A DNA stretch of 64,000 nt from Dehalococcoidia bacterium (GCA_030612025.1 JAUWOR010000007.1:32332-96331); one strand, 5' to 3'; positions 49,980 to 60,496 are shown, counted from the first letter of the stretch. Notes: a model not told the origin generated them from the letters alone. Program-made: numbers and translations.

Positions 49980-50144
49980 TTACTTGTCTCTATGGTATAA
50001 TCACGAAACAAAATATACTTAGGGAATCTTCCCCCCAGCAAGGTAATAAGAACCTCCACAACGGTATTTTTGACGCTCCGGCGATTAATCCTGCGATGTC
50101 AAACGATAAAACAGGTTGAAGAGAATTGTAACTGAATTAGCTAC

Positions 50145-50996
50145 CTACCCACCTTTGGGGGAGGAAGATGCTACATAGCATTCTAGCCCTTGCCTTCTCA
50201 GGCGTAAACATAGCTCATTAGCTTTCCCTTCCTCAGAGACAAAAGTAAAAAGGCACGGCCCAGAGCCAGCTAGATAAACACTTGCGGCTCCAGCTTCCTC
50301 AAAGCTCTTCTTATATTTGGCTAAGTTGGGCAGAAAATCAAAAGCCACTTTTTCAAAAACATTGAACATAAGAATTGGGGCAAGCTTTTTCCCCTGCCTT
50401 AAAGATGGCAAAGCAGCCTGAACAAATTGCCCCTTAGTGAAGTGGCTAGCATCCAATCTACTATAGAGTTGCTTTGCTTTATCCTGAATTTTAGCTAATG
50501 GTGGCACTAGTAAAACAAAGCAAGTTGGAGGTAAGGATGGCAATGGGGTTACTTTTTCTCCCTTCCCTTCTACTAATGCTGTGCCGCCATAAATAAAGAA
50601 GGGAACATCTGAACCCAGCTTAGCGGCTAAATAAACTAACTCAGAAACTGGTAGCTTTAGCTCCCAAAGCTTATTGAGGGCCAAAAGGGTGCTAGCGGCA
50701 TCGCTGCTGCCCCCACCTAATCCCACTCCCCAGGGTATATTCTTGCCAAGCTCAATTCGCACCCCTTTATTATATCTTGTAGCTTTCTTAAGAAGCGTAG
50801 CAGCCTCCGTTACCAAATTATTGCGCTCCAAGCTTGGCTCACTGCACTTAAAAGAGATTTCCTCAGCTAGCTGAAATCTAAGGGTGTCACACAAATTTAT
50901 TGTCTGAAAAATACTGGAGATTTGGTGATAACCGTCATACTTTCCTAGCACTTCGAGAACAAGGTTTATTTTGGCTGGCGCATAAATAGTTAGCAT
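50145..50996 (-). CDS. ispE: 4-diphosphocytidyl-2-C-methyl-D-erythritol kinase
   Basis: APAKINL, GLGGGSSDAA, GSDVPFF, GSGP. Confidence 0.96.
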   Translation of the reverse strand: MLTIYAPAKINLVLEVLGKYDGYHQISSIFQTINLCDTLRFQLAEEISFKCSEPSLERNNLVTEAATLLKKATRYNKGVRIELGKNIPWGVGLGGGSSDAASTLLALNKLWELKLPVSELVYLAAKLGSDVPFFIYGGTALVEGKGEKVTPLPSLPPTCFVLLVPPLAKIQDKAKQLYSRLDASHFTKGQFVQAALPSLRQGKKLAPILMFNVFEKVAFDFLPNLAKYKKSFEEAGAASVYLAGSGPCLFTFVSEEGKANELCLRLRRQGLECYVASSSPKGG

Positions 50997-51001
50997 AGCG
51001 A

Positions 51002-51859
51002 TTATTTCCTAAAGGGGGCAAAAACCTCCCCTAGCTCTTTCCACTCTCCCAGATTAAGCGTTTCAGCCCGTCGTTTAGCTTCTATTCGAGCCTTTCCCAG
51101 CAACAAAGCGACCTGGCTGGGCGGCATTCCCAGAGCCTGAGCCAAGGAATTGCGGAGCTGTTTGCGTGGTGACCTAAAACCACAGCTAACTATATCAAAA
51201 AAACTGTCAACATCGCAGACCTCGATAGGCGGTTTGGAGTAAACATCAAGGCGTAAAATAAGAGAATCCACCTTCGGCGGTGGATAGAAACTTCCCGCTG
51301 GCACAAAGGCTATGATAGTCGGTTTACTATAAAATTGAGTGCGAACACTAAGCAGGCTCATCTTACCAGGATTAGCAGCTATAGCCTCACCAACTTCCTT
51401 CTGCACCATTACCACCATTAACGAAGGCTTAGCCCAAGCCTCTAAAAAATGACGCAGCATTGGTGAAGTAATATAATAAGGAAGATTAGCTACTACTTTA
51501 TAAGCTTGTGCCAACTCAGGAATAGTCAAATAATCTCCCAAAAGCTGCTGTGGAGCAATCTTGAGTATATCAGCGTGGATAATTTTGACATTGGAGAAAG
51601 AAGCTAAACTTTCCCTTAACATTCTAACTAATTTGAAATCGAGTTCCACAGCGATAACTTTACCTACCACCTCAGCTAGCCTTTTAGTCAGTATGCCTAA
51701 GCCTGGCCCTACCTCAACTATAATGTCTTTGCGACTAAGTTCAGCAGCAGATAGAATACACTCCAATATATCTCCATCAACAAGGAAATGCTGCCCCAAT
51801 CTTTTTTTGGCCTTAAGGCCAAACTGCTGAAGCAAGGCTTTAACTGGAGATGTTTCCAT
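51002..51859 (-). CDS. rsmA: 16S rRNA dimethyladenosine transferase
   Basis: KKRLGQHFL, EVGPGLG, ANLPYYITS, PPPKVDS. Confidence 0.97.
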   Translation of the reverse strand: METSPVKALLQQFGLKAKKRLGQHFLVDGDILECILSAAELSRKDIIVEVGPGLGILTKRLAEVVGKVIAVELDFKLVRMLRESLASFSNVKIIHADILKIAPQQLLGDYLTIPELAQAYKVVANLPYYITSPMLRHFLEAWAKPSLMVVMVQKEVGEAIAANPGKMSLLSVRTQFYSKPTIIAFVPAGSFYPPPKVDSLILRLDVYSKPPIEVCDVDSFFDIVSCGFRSPRKQLRNSLAQALGMPPSQVALLLGKARIEAKRRAETLNLGEWKELGEVFAPFRK

Positions 51860-51949
51860 AACCTAATTGGAAATATTAGCGGTAAAAACTAGCTATATCA
51901 ACTCTGAAGGCATATAATTAGCTGTTGGTAGATTGTCGAATGATGCTCA

Positions 51950-53347
51950 ATGGCTAAGAAATACGCTGTTGTCATAGTCGGTGGCGGTCCGGCAGGTATC
52001 TTTGCTAGTTTAGAGCTATCTGATGCCGGCATTGATGTTCTGCTTCTAGACAAAGGGAGAGAAATCGATGCTCGTAGTTGCCCAATTCAAAAGGGAAACG
52101 ACCACTGCATACTTTGCTCACCTTGCCATCTAGTAAGTGGTTTCGGAGGTGCTGGAGCTTTTAGCGATGGCAAGTTAACTTTGTCTACTGAGGTGGGCGG
52201 CCGACTCAAAGAGCTAATTGGCCCTGACCAAGCCAAAATGCTTGTTGATTACATTGATACCTTTTATCTCAAATTTGGCGCTCAGCAAAAAGTTTATGGA
52301 ATAGGAGAAAAGGTAGCTGAGCTAGAGCACCAAGCTACCTTAGCCGGGCTCAGACTAATCCCGGTCAAATTACGCCACCTGGGGACAGAGCGCTGCCGTC
52401 AGGTATTAAAGGCTATGCAGAGGCAACTATCATCTAAAATAGACATAAAGCTAAGAACAGAGGTTAAGAGCATCGTAGTTGAAAATGGCACAGTCAAAGC
52501 TATCGAACTAGCTAATGGTGAAAGATTGAGTTGCTCCTACCTAATATTGGCTCCGGGAAGAGAGGGATCAGAGTGGCTAACCAACGAAGCCAAAAGACTC
52601 AAACTCAGCCTCAACTCTAACCCCATTGATGTTGGTTGCAGAATCGAAGTACCATCAGCAATCATGGAAGAACTAACTTCAGTATTATATGAATCAAAAC
52701 TCGAGTTCTATTCTAAGACTTTCGATGACCGGGTCAGGACATTCTGTATGTGCCCAGGTGGTGAGGTAATCATGGAATCCACCGGAGGCTCTGACCCAGT
52801 AGTTACAGTTAACGGGGTTGGCTATGCCAAGCATAGAACGAAGAATACTAATTTTGCCATTTTAGTATCTACAGCTTTCACCGAGCCTTTCCATGAACCC
52901 ATCGCCTATGGTAAGTATCTAGCGCGGTTAACCAATCTCCTTAGCGGCGGTGTCTTAGTGCAACGGCTGGGGGATTTAATGGATGGCCGGCGTTCCACAG
53001 ATGCTCGCCTCAAACATAGCCTTGTAGAGCCAAGCTTAAAGGCGGCAACCCCAGGGGATTTAAGCTTCGCTCTCCCCTACCGTTATCTCAAAAGTATAAT
53101 CGAGATGCTCCAAGCTATGGATAAATTAGCTCCGGGAGTTGCTTCTCCTCACACTTTGCTTTACGGAACAGAGGTTAAGTTTTATTCCAGTCAACTGAAG
53201 TTGACCCCATGCTTGGAGACTGAGATTAGTAATATGTTCGCTGCTGGCGATGGTGCCGGTATAAGCCGAGGCTTAGTCCAAGCCTCAGCTTCGGGAGTAG
53301 TAGCAGCTAGAGAAATATTAAAGCGGCTGGGTAAAAAATTGTCCTGA
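51950..53347 (+). CDS. FAD-dependent oxidoreductase (uncharacterised conserved family)
   Basis: GGGPAG, GGAGAFSDGKL, RTFCMCP.G, GDGAG. Confidence 0.9.
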   Translation: MAKKYAVVIVGGGPAGIFASLELSDAGIDVLLLDKGREIDARSCPIQKGNDHCILCSPCHLVSGFGGAGAFSDGKLTLSTEVGGRLKELIGPDQAKMLVDYIDTFYLKFGAQQKVYGIGEKVAELEHQATLAGLRLIPVKLRHLGTERCRQVLKAMQRQLSSKIDIKLRTEVKSIVVENGTVKAIELANGERLSCSYLILAPGREGSEWLTNEAKRLKLSLNSNPIDVGCRIEVPSAIMEELTSVLYESKLEFYSKTFDDRVRTFCMCPGGEVIMESTGGSDPVVTVNGVGYAKHRTKNTNFAILVSTAFTEPFHEPIAYGKYLARLTNLLSGGVLVQRLGDLMDGRRSTDARLKHSLVEPSLKAATPGDLSFALPYRYLKSIIEMLQAMDKLAPGVASPHTLLYGTEVKFYSSQLKLTPCLETEISNMFAAGDGAGISRGLVQASASGVVAAREILKRLGKKLS

Positions 53348-53360
53348 ACCTTTCGCTTTC

Positions 53361-53448
53361 TGTCATTCTGAGGAGTGGAGCGATGAAGAATCTGGAACGA
53401 AGTGAAGGGGAAGAATCTCGCTCAGGGTAAACTCCATGAAGGGTCTCA
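53361..53448. repeat. REP-like GTCATTCTGAG element overlapping the DUF429 start
   Basis: gaagaatctcgctcagggtaaactccATGaagggtct versus ...actccGCGaagggtct at ~40765-40800. Confidence 0.75.
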
Positions 53449-54089
53449 CAGTCTTTGGCATCGATTTAACCTCAACTGAAAATAAACCTACTGCTTGCTT
53501 TGGTTTAGATGACAAGCTACAAGTCGTTTACCTCGGCTTACTAGCTAAGGATAGCGATATTATTGACATCATAAATCTCTATTCTCCGAAGATAACAGCC
53601 ATTGATGCTCCTTTGAGTCTGCCACTGGGGCTATGTTGCCTTGAAGAGAGCTGTAGTTGCCAACCACGGTCAAAGAGGAAAAACAGGCAGTGCGACCAAG
53701 AATTGAGGAAAGGGGGTATTTCCTGTTATCCCACGACAAAAAAGACTTTTATTAAACCTTTGATTTATCGCGGTATTGCGCTTAAAAATAAGCTCTGCCA
53801 AATGGGATTTAAAGTTATCGAAGTTTATCCCTATGCCAGCAAAGTTCGTTTGTTTGGCAAACCCATACCAAGAAAAAATACACCCCTAGGAATAGCCTTC
53901 CTCAAAGAACATCTAACAAACCTTTTACCGGCTCTTAAACCATATTTGGACATTTTCAACCATGACCTCTGCGATGCCGCTATAGCAGCTTACACCGCTT
54001 TCCTCTATTGCCAAAATATGGTGGATGCTGTAGGCAATGAGGAAGAAGGATTAATTTTTATCCCACTCGAGCAGCTGAGTCACCACTGA
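53436..54089 (+). CDS. DUF429 domain protein (RNase H-like fold)
   Basis: GIDL, AIDAPL, IEVYP, HDLCDA. Confidence 0.88.
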   Translation: MKGLTVFGIDLTSTENKPTACFGLDDKLQVVYLGLLAKDSDIIDIINLYSPKITAIDAPLSLPLGLCCLEESCSCQPRSKRKNRQCDQELRKGGISCYPTTKKTFIKPLIYRGIALKNKLCQMGFKVIEVYPYASKVRLFGKPIPRKNTPLGIAFLKEHLTNLLPALKPYLDIFNHDLCDAAIAAYTAFLYCQNMVDAVGNEEEGLIFIPLEQLSHH

Positions 54090-54145
54090 ACCTAAGCTAG
54101 AAGAATTACCTTGACCTCCAATCCTTCCCTTGCTAAACTGAGTAG

Positions 54146-54706
54146 GTGTTATCAGGCAATCTAACAGGCAGCTTTCAAGGGTCCCCTGACAGGGGTTTGG
54201 TGGAAGTTTTCACCGGTGATGGCAAAGGAAAAACATCAGCTGCTTTAGGAGTAGCGCTTAGGGCTTTAGGACATGACTTAAAAATCTTCATTGTGTTCTT
54301 CATGAAAGGCAGCTTCCCTTGCGGAGAACAAAAAACTTTATCCCAGCTGCCAAACGTCACTTTTGTCAGATTTGGACCGGAGACCTTTGTTGATCCCAAT
54401 AACATAACCAAGGCAGACAAAGAAGAAGCAAAAAAGGCTTTGAATGCAGCTAGGAAAGCAATTCTTAGCAATGATTATGACATAGTAATCCTCGACGAAA
54501 TCAATGTGGCTGCAGCCTGGAAGCTCATTGACGTTGATGAGGTAATAAAGCTAATACAGGAAAGACCGGGAAAGGTAGAACTTATCCTCACCGGACGCTA
54601 CGCCAATGACAGGCTCATTAGCTTAGCTGACTTGGTCACTAATATGACCAAAATAAAGCATCCCTATGACAAGGGAATATCAGCCCGTAAGGGCATTGAC
54701 TACTAA
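54146..54706 (+). CDS. cobO: Cob(I)alamin adenosyltransferase (CobA/CobO/BtuR)
   Basis: TGDGKGKTSAA, ILDE, LILTGR, KHP...G..A.KGIDY. Confidence 0.93.
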   Translation: MLSGNLTGSFQGSPDRGLVEVFTGDGKGKTSAALGVALRALGHDLKIFIVFFMKGSFPCGEQKTLSQLPNVTFVRFGPETFVDPNNITKADKEEAKKALNAARKAILSNDYDIVILDEINVAAAWKLIDVDEVIKLIQERPGKVELILTGRYANDRLISLADLVTNMTKIKHPYDKGISARKGIDY

Positions 54707-54718
54707 GCAAAGGAGGGC

Positions 54719-55816
54719 ATGATGGATATAACTTTAAGCGTTATTAAGGCAGATGTTGGTGGCTACGTAGGGCATTCCAGCTCCCACCCAGATGTAATAC
54801 AAAAGGCCAAGGAAAGCCTAGAACGTGCTAAAGAGCAAGGATTGCTCATTGACTATTATGTCACTGTCTGTGGCGATGACCTTCAATTAATAATGACTCA
54901 TCAGCAAGGTGAAGATAGTGAGCAAATCCACAAATTAGCCTGGGATACATTCGTGGGATGCACCGATGTAGCTAAAAGGCTAAAGCTTCATGGCGCTGGC
55001 CAAGACCTTTTATCTGATGCCTTTTCTGGCACTATTAAAGGACTAGGACCCGGTGTAGCTGAGATGCAGTTTACCGAGCGCACAGCTGAAACCATTGTCA
55101 TATTCATGGCAGACAAGACAGCCTCCGGCGCCTGGAATCTGCCACTATACAAGATCTTCGCTGATCCCTTTAATACCATCGGACTGGTGATTGCCTCCAA
55201 TATGCATTCTGGCTTTACCTTCGAAGTTCATGATGTTCTGAAATCCAAAAAAATCACCTTCAAGGCTCCCGAGGAAACCTATGACCTGCTCATCTTTCTG
55301 GGATCACCAAGTCGCTACGCTCTTAAGGCCGTATACCACAAAGAAACTGGCGAGATTGCTGCTTCTTCCTCCACCCAGAGGCTGGCTCTAATTGCTGGCA
55401 GATATGTAGGTAAGGATGACCCGGTGTGCATTGTCAGGGCTCAGGGTATGTTTCCTGCGGTAGGCGAGATACTTGAGCCTTTTGCCTCACCCAATATAGT
55501 GAAAGGTTGGATGAGGGGCTCTCACCATGGCCCCCTGGTACCGGTTTCCTTCCGTGAAGCTAGGGCTATTCGTTTCGATGGCCCACCAAGAGCGATAGCT
55601 GCTGGTTTTCAACTGGCAAATGGCAAGCTTATCGGAGCCGCCGATCTCTTCGATGACCCATCCTTTGATTTAGCTCGTCAGCAAGCATTTGCTATGGCTG
55701 ACTTCTTACGCCGTATGGGTCCGTTCGAGCCTCATCGCCTGCCACTAGAGGAAATGGAATACACCACCATGCCTGAAGTGAGTAAAAAATTAGCTTCCAG
55801 ATTCCAGAACATCTAA
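54719..55816 (+). CDS. fbp: Fructose-1,6-bisphosphate aldolase/phosphatase (class V)
   Basis: IKADVGG, GAGQDLL.DAFSG, YVGKDDP, GWMRGSH, GPFEPHRL. Confidence 0.96.
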   Translation: MMDITLSVIKADVGGYVGHSSSHPDVIQKAKESLERAKEQGLLIDYYVTVCGDDLQLIMTHQQGEDSEQIHKLAWDTFVGCTDVAKRLKLHGAGQDLLSDAFSGTIKGLGPGVAEMQFTERTAETIVIFMADKTASGAWNLPLYKIFADPFNTIGLVIASNMHSGFTFEVHDVLKSKKITFKAPEETYDLLIFLGSPSRYALKAVYHKETGEIAASSSTQRLALIAGRYVGKDDPVCIVRAQGMFPAVGEILEPFASPNIVKGWMRGSHHGPLVPVSFREARAIRFDGPPRAIAAGFQLANGKLIGAADLFDDPSFDLARQQAFAMADFLRRMGPFEPHRLPLEEMEYTTMPEVSKKLASRFQNI

Positions 55817-55826
55817 CCACAATAAA

Positions 55827-56432
55827 ATGCCTAAACTCCTTCTAGCTAGCACCAACCCGGGGAAAATCAAGGAATATCGCTTTCTCCTTGGTAACCTTGG
55901 CTATCAAATAACCACACTTGCTGAGCAAGGAATAAGTAAAATTGCCACTGAGTCGGGAAATAGCTATGAACAAAATGCTCAATTGAAAGCCGTCGCTTCT
56001 GCTAAATTAAACCAACTTATTACCCTTGCCGATGACTCAGGGCTTGAGGTGGATGCCTTGAGCGGCGAGCCAGGAATTCATTCAGCTCGCTTTGCCGGCA
56101 AGGATGCCTCAGATACAGATAAGGTAAAAACTCTCCTGGCTAGACTTGACGGCGTCCCTTGGGAAAAAAGAACTGCTCACTTCAAATGCGTTATCGTCAT
56201 AGCTACACCAAAAGGGCAACTATGGGTAATGCATGGCGAGTGTCATGGCATGATTGCCTTTGAGGCCAAAGGAAAAAATGGCTTCGGCTATGACCCCATT
56301 TTTTATCTCCCAGAGATGGGCAAAACCATGGCTGAACTCCCCCCGGAGACAAAAAACAAAATCAGCCACCGAGGTCAGGCTAGCCAGAAAGCAAGGCAAA
56401 TATTAATGCGCCTTCACGCCCAAACTATTTGA
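55827..56432 (+). CDS. rdgB: XTP/dITP diphosphatase (HAM1 family)
   Basis: N.GK..E, DDSGL, GFGYDP, KISHR. Confidence 0.95.
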   Translation: MPKLLLASTNPGKIKEYRFLLGNLGYQITTLAEQGISKIATESGNSYEQNAQLKAVASAKLNQLITLADDSGLEVDALSGEPGIHSARFAGKDASDTDKVKTLLARLDGVPWEKRTAHFKCVIVIATPKGQLWVMHGECHGMIAFEAKGKNGFGYDPIFYLPEMGKTMAELPPETKNKISHRGQASQKARQILMRLHAQTI

Positions 56433-56491
56433 CCATAAAAACCACTGATAGTATACTGTGAGCTACTTATAATTTTTTTCGGAGGTATTCT

Positions 56492-57625
56492 ATGAAATTA
56501 TCTTGTCTTCAAGAAAACCTAAGCCGGGGGCTAGGCATAGTCGGCAGAGCTGTAGCTACCAGATCCACTTTGCCTATCACTCAAAATATCCTTTTAGCTA
56601 CTGAGCAATCACGTCTTAAGCTAGCAGCCACCAACTTGGAAATGGCTACTACATGCTGGATTGGCGCTAAAGTAGAACAGGACGGGGCCATAACCATTCC
56701 GGCTCGACTGCTCATTGACTTCGTTAATTCCTTACCCAACGATTTAATTGAAATCACCCTGCCCACTAACAGCCACACTTTGGAGCTTAAAAGCGGTCGC
56801 TTTCAAGCCCATATCAATGGTATTGATGCCGAGGATTTCCCACCTATCCCAAAGATAAGCGATGGTATGACCACCAATATTGAAGCAGCCGCTCTGAGAG
56901 AAGGAATCACACAGGTTGTCTTTGCTGCCGCAACCGAAGAATCTCGCCCGGTGTTAACCGGGATTAACGCTGAATTTGAAGGTGAACAGCTTGATCTGGC
57001 AGCTGCTGATGGCTTCAGGTTAGCTGTCCACAAAATGACTCTTGTCTCACCAGTCGACCAGAAAACTACGGTAATCATTCCAGCAAGAAGCCTCAACGAA
57101 CTAAATCGTCTTCTTGGTGACCAAGAAGAACCAGTGGAAATCATCACAAATCAGCAAAAAAGCCAGATTCTCTTCCGCCTCAAAAACGCCGAATTAGTCT
57201 CCCAGCTTATTCAAGGTTCCTTCCCCGACTATTCACAGGTCATTCCTCAGAGCTATAGCACGAGGGCGGTAGTAGACATCAACGAATTTCTACGGGTTAT
57301 CAAAATGTCTTCCATATTCGCCCGCGATGCCAGCGGCATTGTCCGTTTGGTCATCACCCCGGGTGCTGAGCTCACCCCGGGTAAAATAACCGCCTCTGCT
57401 CAGGCTGAGGAAATCGGCGGCAACGTTGGTGAAATTGATGCCCTTGCCGATGGAGAAGAGGCTAAAATCGCCTTCAACGTTAAATATCTCTCCGATGTAC
57501 TAAGTGTTCTACATCAAGCTCAAGTTGCCCTGGAAGTCACCACCCCATCAAGCCCCGGGGTCATCCGCCCCATAGGTGTAGACAACTATGTTCACGTAAT
57601 CATGCCCATGTTTGTTCAGTGGTAG
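56492..57625 (+). CDS. dnaN: DNA polymerase III beta clamp
   Basis: ATNLE, SRPVLTG, AADGFRLA, FPDY, VIMPM. Confidence 0.97.
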   Translation: MKLSCLQENLSRGLGIVGRAVATRSTLPITQNILLATEQSRLKLAATNLEMATTCWIGAKVEQDGAITIPARLLIDFVNSLPNDLIEITLPTNSHTLELKSGRFQAHINGIDAEDFPPIPKISDGMTTNIEAAALREGITQVVFAAATEESRPVLTGINAEFEGEQLDLAAADGFRLAVHKMTLVSPVDQKTTVIIPARSLNELNRLLGDQEEPVEIITNQQKSQILFRLKNAELVSQLIQGSFPDYSQVIPQSYSTRAVVDINEFLRVIKMSSIFARDASGIVRLVITPGAELTPGKITASAQAEEIGGNVGEIDALADGEEAKIAFNVKYLSDVLSVLHQAQVALEVTTPSSPGVIRPIGVDNYVHVIMPMFVQW

Positions 57626-57924
57626 AGAAACTAATCCCAAAGAGGATAGAGGCCAAATCTGCCAAATTCCAGCCGCAGCTTGAAATAATGCCTCATCAGG
57701 ATTTGCTGCCCAAAATTCCCACAAAGTGACACCGTTTGTTTTGTCTCCCTGAGTCTTTAAACTCTCAAATGAAGTGAAGGGGGAGGAGTCTAGACCCCTC
57801 GCTTTGTCGGAAATGACAGGCAAGTGTTGCTCAACAATCGCCTAATTAAGACTTGACAGGAATATTTTATTTGGTATATACATCGGACTGCGATGCCCTT
57901 AGCAATAAGGCTAAGGAGGCCAAT

Positions 57925-58795
57925 ATGAGCAAAGTGGCTGTTATGACTGACACTATCGCTTCAGTTCCACACGAAATAGCTAAGGAGTATGGCATCAAAG
58001 TAATTCCATTTCATGTCGTCATGGATGGCAAAAGTTATCTTGAAACGAAGATAGACATGGATCAACTCTATGCTCGGCTTAAGGAAAGGGAAAACTTACC
58101 CACAACCTCAGCCCCTTCCGTAGGAGAATTCTTGGAAGCTTACCAAGAGTTAAGCCGAAGAGCAGAAGCCATTTTGCATATCTCTATGACCTCAAGTTTT
58201 ACCATGGCATATGGGGCAGCGATAGAGGCTAAGGAGCTGGCTTGGGAAAGGCTACCCAAAACAGCAATTGAAATCGTCAATTCCAAAACTGTTGAGAGCT
58301 CTGAGTTACTCATTGTCCTAGAAGCGGCAAGGGCAGCAAGACAGGGCAAGAGCCTCAATGAGGTAATCCAAATCGTTAACAATATGATACCCCGAATGAA
58401 TCAGCTTTCAACGCGAGACACTCTTTTCTATTTGGCCAGATTGGGTAGGATATTCGAGGCCAAATCCTCGGCAGAAGCGGAATCAAAAACCAGCTTTAGA
58501 GCTACTGTAGAAATTGATGCCTCCACAGGAGGTATAACAAAGCCTGTGGCTAGAGCTAAAACTAAAACTCAAATAATGCAAAGAATGGTTGACATAGCTA
58601 AAGAAAGAATAGGAAATAAGAAAGTTGCATGCCGCTATAGCTCACGCTAATGCCCCTAAGGAGGCAGAGCAACTAAGACAAATGGTTTTATCCCAACTCC
58701 AGTGTGATGAATTTTATGTTGTTGATGTCCCGCCAGTAGCAGCGGTTCATAATGGACAGGGCCTTATCGAGTTTGGATTCTATGTCAGTGATTAA
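57925..58795 (+). pseudogene. DegV family protein with +1 frameshift near 58620
   Basis: ggaaataagaaagttgcatgcc has one extra A versus GNKKLHA in the paralog; other frame continues LHAAIAHANAP..HNGQGLIEFGFY. Confidence 0.85.
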
Positions 58796-58842
58796 TTAGG
58801 TTAGATTCCCGACTAATACTATAATGCTATAAGGAGGTTAAC

Positions 58843-59715
58843 ATGAGCAAGGTAGCCGTAATGACTGATTCAGTTTCCCTTTTGACACAAGGAATAGCAG
58901 AAGCTTATGGTATTACAGTAGTATCAACCCATATTACGATGGATGGCAAAGATTATCTGGACACAGACATGAACCTAAGTGAGTTTTATGCTCAATTACC
59001 TCAATTAAGGGAGGCAGAAAAATTCCCCACAACCTCGTCTCCCTCTACATCAGATTATTTAGAGGCTTATCGAGCGCTAGGCAAGAAGGTAAAATCCATT
59101 TTGTGTGTAACTTATAGCCCAAGATTAGGCATGGCATATAATGCAGCAACGCAAGCTAAAGAGATGCTCAAAGGTGAGTTAGATAAAGTCACCATTGAAA
59201 TAATTAATAGTGGCACCTGCTGTGGAGCTCAAATGCTCATTGCTCTGGAAGCAGCAAAAGCCGCTGCCAAGGGAAAGAGACTTGCTGAAATAACCGAGAT
59301 AGCTAACAACATGGTAACGAAAGTAAGCCAGATTTACATAGTCGAAGACCTTTATTACCTGGCAAAGGGAGGCAGAATAGGCAAAGCTCGCCACTGGGCT
59401 AGCTCTACAATCTCTACGAAGTCGCTCTTAGGACTGGATGCCTCAACCGGAGGAGTGATAGTGCCGTTGACAAGAGCCAAAACTAAAAGCAAGCTGATGG
59501 AAAAGATGCTGGGGATAGTGAAGGAGAGAAGCGGAAATAAAAAGCTGCACGCTATAATAAATCACGCTAATGTACCCCATGAGGCAGAGGAACTAAAGAA
59601 AAGACTTTTATCCCGCTTCGATTGTGCCGAGCTTTACATCACTCCAGTCTTGCCACTGCTAGCAATTCACAACGGGCCGGGGTGTATCTGGCTCGCATGG
59701 TATGGTGAGGACTAA
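58843..59715 (+). CDS. DegV/FakB family protein
   Basis: VAVMTDS, TTSSPS, YLAKGGRIG, HNGPG. Confidence 0.93.
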   Translation: MSKVAVMTDSVSLLTQGIAEAYGITVVSTHITMDGKDYLDTDMNLSEFYAQLPQLREAEKFPTTSSPSTSDYLEAYRALGKKVKSILCVTYSPRLGMAYNAATQAKEMLKGELDKVTIEIINSGTCCGAQMLIALEAAKAAAKGKRLAEITEIANNMVTKVSQIYIVEDLYYLAKGGRIGKARHWASSTISTKSLLGLDASTGGVIVPLTRAKTKSKLMEKMLGIVKERSGNKKLHAIINHANVPHEAEELKKRLLSRFDCAELYITPVLPLLAIHNGPGCIWLAWYGED

Positions 59716-59777
59716 AGCATGAGACAACTAAGATTTCGCTAACATCGTAGATACCTTTACGGGAATAACAAGTACAG

Positions 59778-59917
59778 AGGGTGATTAAAAACGTAGTGCG
59801 AGGCTTTAGCCTCGTGCATGACCCTAAAGGGTCGCACTACAAAAATCTTGGGGGCGAAGATTGTTAAACTGGATGAGGTGAATTCAGTTTTGAAACTAAG
59901 GCAAAATTAAACAACCT
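59778..59917. repeat. MITE-like element, family B copy 2 (no hairpin inserts)
   Basis: agggtgattaa..gtagtgcgaggctttagcctcg..gaccctaaagggtcgcactac..ttaaacaacct. Confidence 0.8.
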
Positions 59918-59967
59918 CAAATACATAACAGGATGTTGGGCGATATGCGCTTGTTAGTGGCAGGTCA

Positions 59968-60309
59968 ATGTCCACTGAGTGGATACTGAATGCTGCTCAG
60001 GCATACTCCTCCCACCAATATAAGGGAAATCTCTGTGATGTTCTGCAAGTGATTAATACAGCGACCAAATACACCAATCCTTTATCGCCCATGACACGAA
60101 TCGTAGAAGTGGGGCCAAAACTGGCAAGGCACAAAGACCTGATACGTGCCGCCCAGGCTTCTGCCGCTCTGCCTCCGCACCTAAAGCTCTTGGAAAGTGA
60201 AAACTTCCGCTCCCTTCTGCAAGCCCAGCCACCCAAAACCTATATTGCTAACCAAGCCTTAGACGGATTTATTGAATCTTTTAGAGGTCTTATCCCAGCT
60301 TCAATGTGA
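59968..60309 (+). CDS. Hypothetical protein or fragment
   Basis: ORF track only. Confidence 0.35.
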   Translation: MSTEWILNAAQAYSSHQYKGNLCDVLQVINTATKYTNPLSPMTRIVEVGPKLARHKDLIRAAQASAALPPHLKLLESENFRSLLQAQPPKTYIANQALDGFIESFRGLIPASM

Positions 60310-60334
60310 TAAACTTTATGTTAATGAAGCCTCA

Positions 60335-60401
60335 GCAGCAACAGCAGTGCATAATGGAGAGGGGCTTATCGAGTTTGGATTCTACAGTAGTGATTAATTA
60401 A
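60335..60401 (+). pseudogene. 3'-terminal remnant of another DegV gene
   Basis: gtgcataatggagaggggcttatcgagtttggattctacagtagtgattaa matches 58745-58795. Confidence 0.8.
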
Positions 60402-60496
60402 GTCGCTGCCCCCACCCCATGGCACAAAACGCCCGCTCCTAAATAGAAAGGTGTAACACGAGGTTAACCCACTAATACAGAGCCAAAATTGGGGTG

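Larger units (their letters stand above)
47664..50005 (+). mobile_element. IS1595-family cargo transposon carrying DUF4258/DUF2283 pair, GIY-YIG and a hypothetical gene
   Basis: TIRs CGTGATTATCCCTTGACAACAAGTAA / TTACTTGTCTCTATGGTATAATCACG; perfect 8-bp TSD AAACAAAA (47656-47663, 50006-50013). Confidence 0.92.

Noticed and set aside
57630-57823. Minus-strand peptide GVTLWEFWAANPDEALFQAA resembling an O-methyltransferase segment
   Set aside because: Too short, no SAM-binding motif, overlaps repeat remnants
56430-57850. Replication origin near dnaN
   Set aside because: No dnaA gene and no cluster of TTATCCACA boxes
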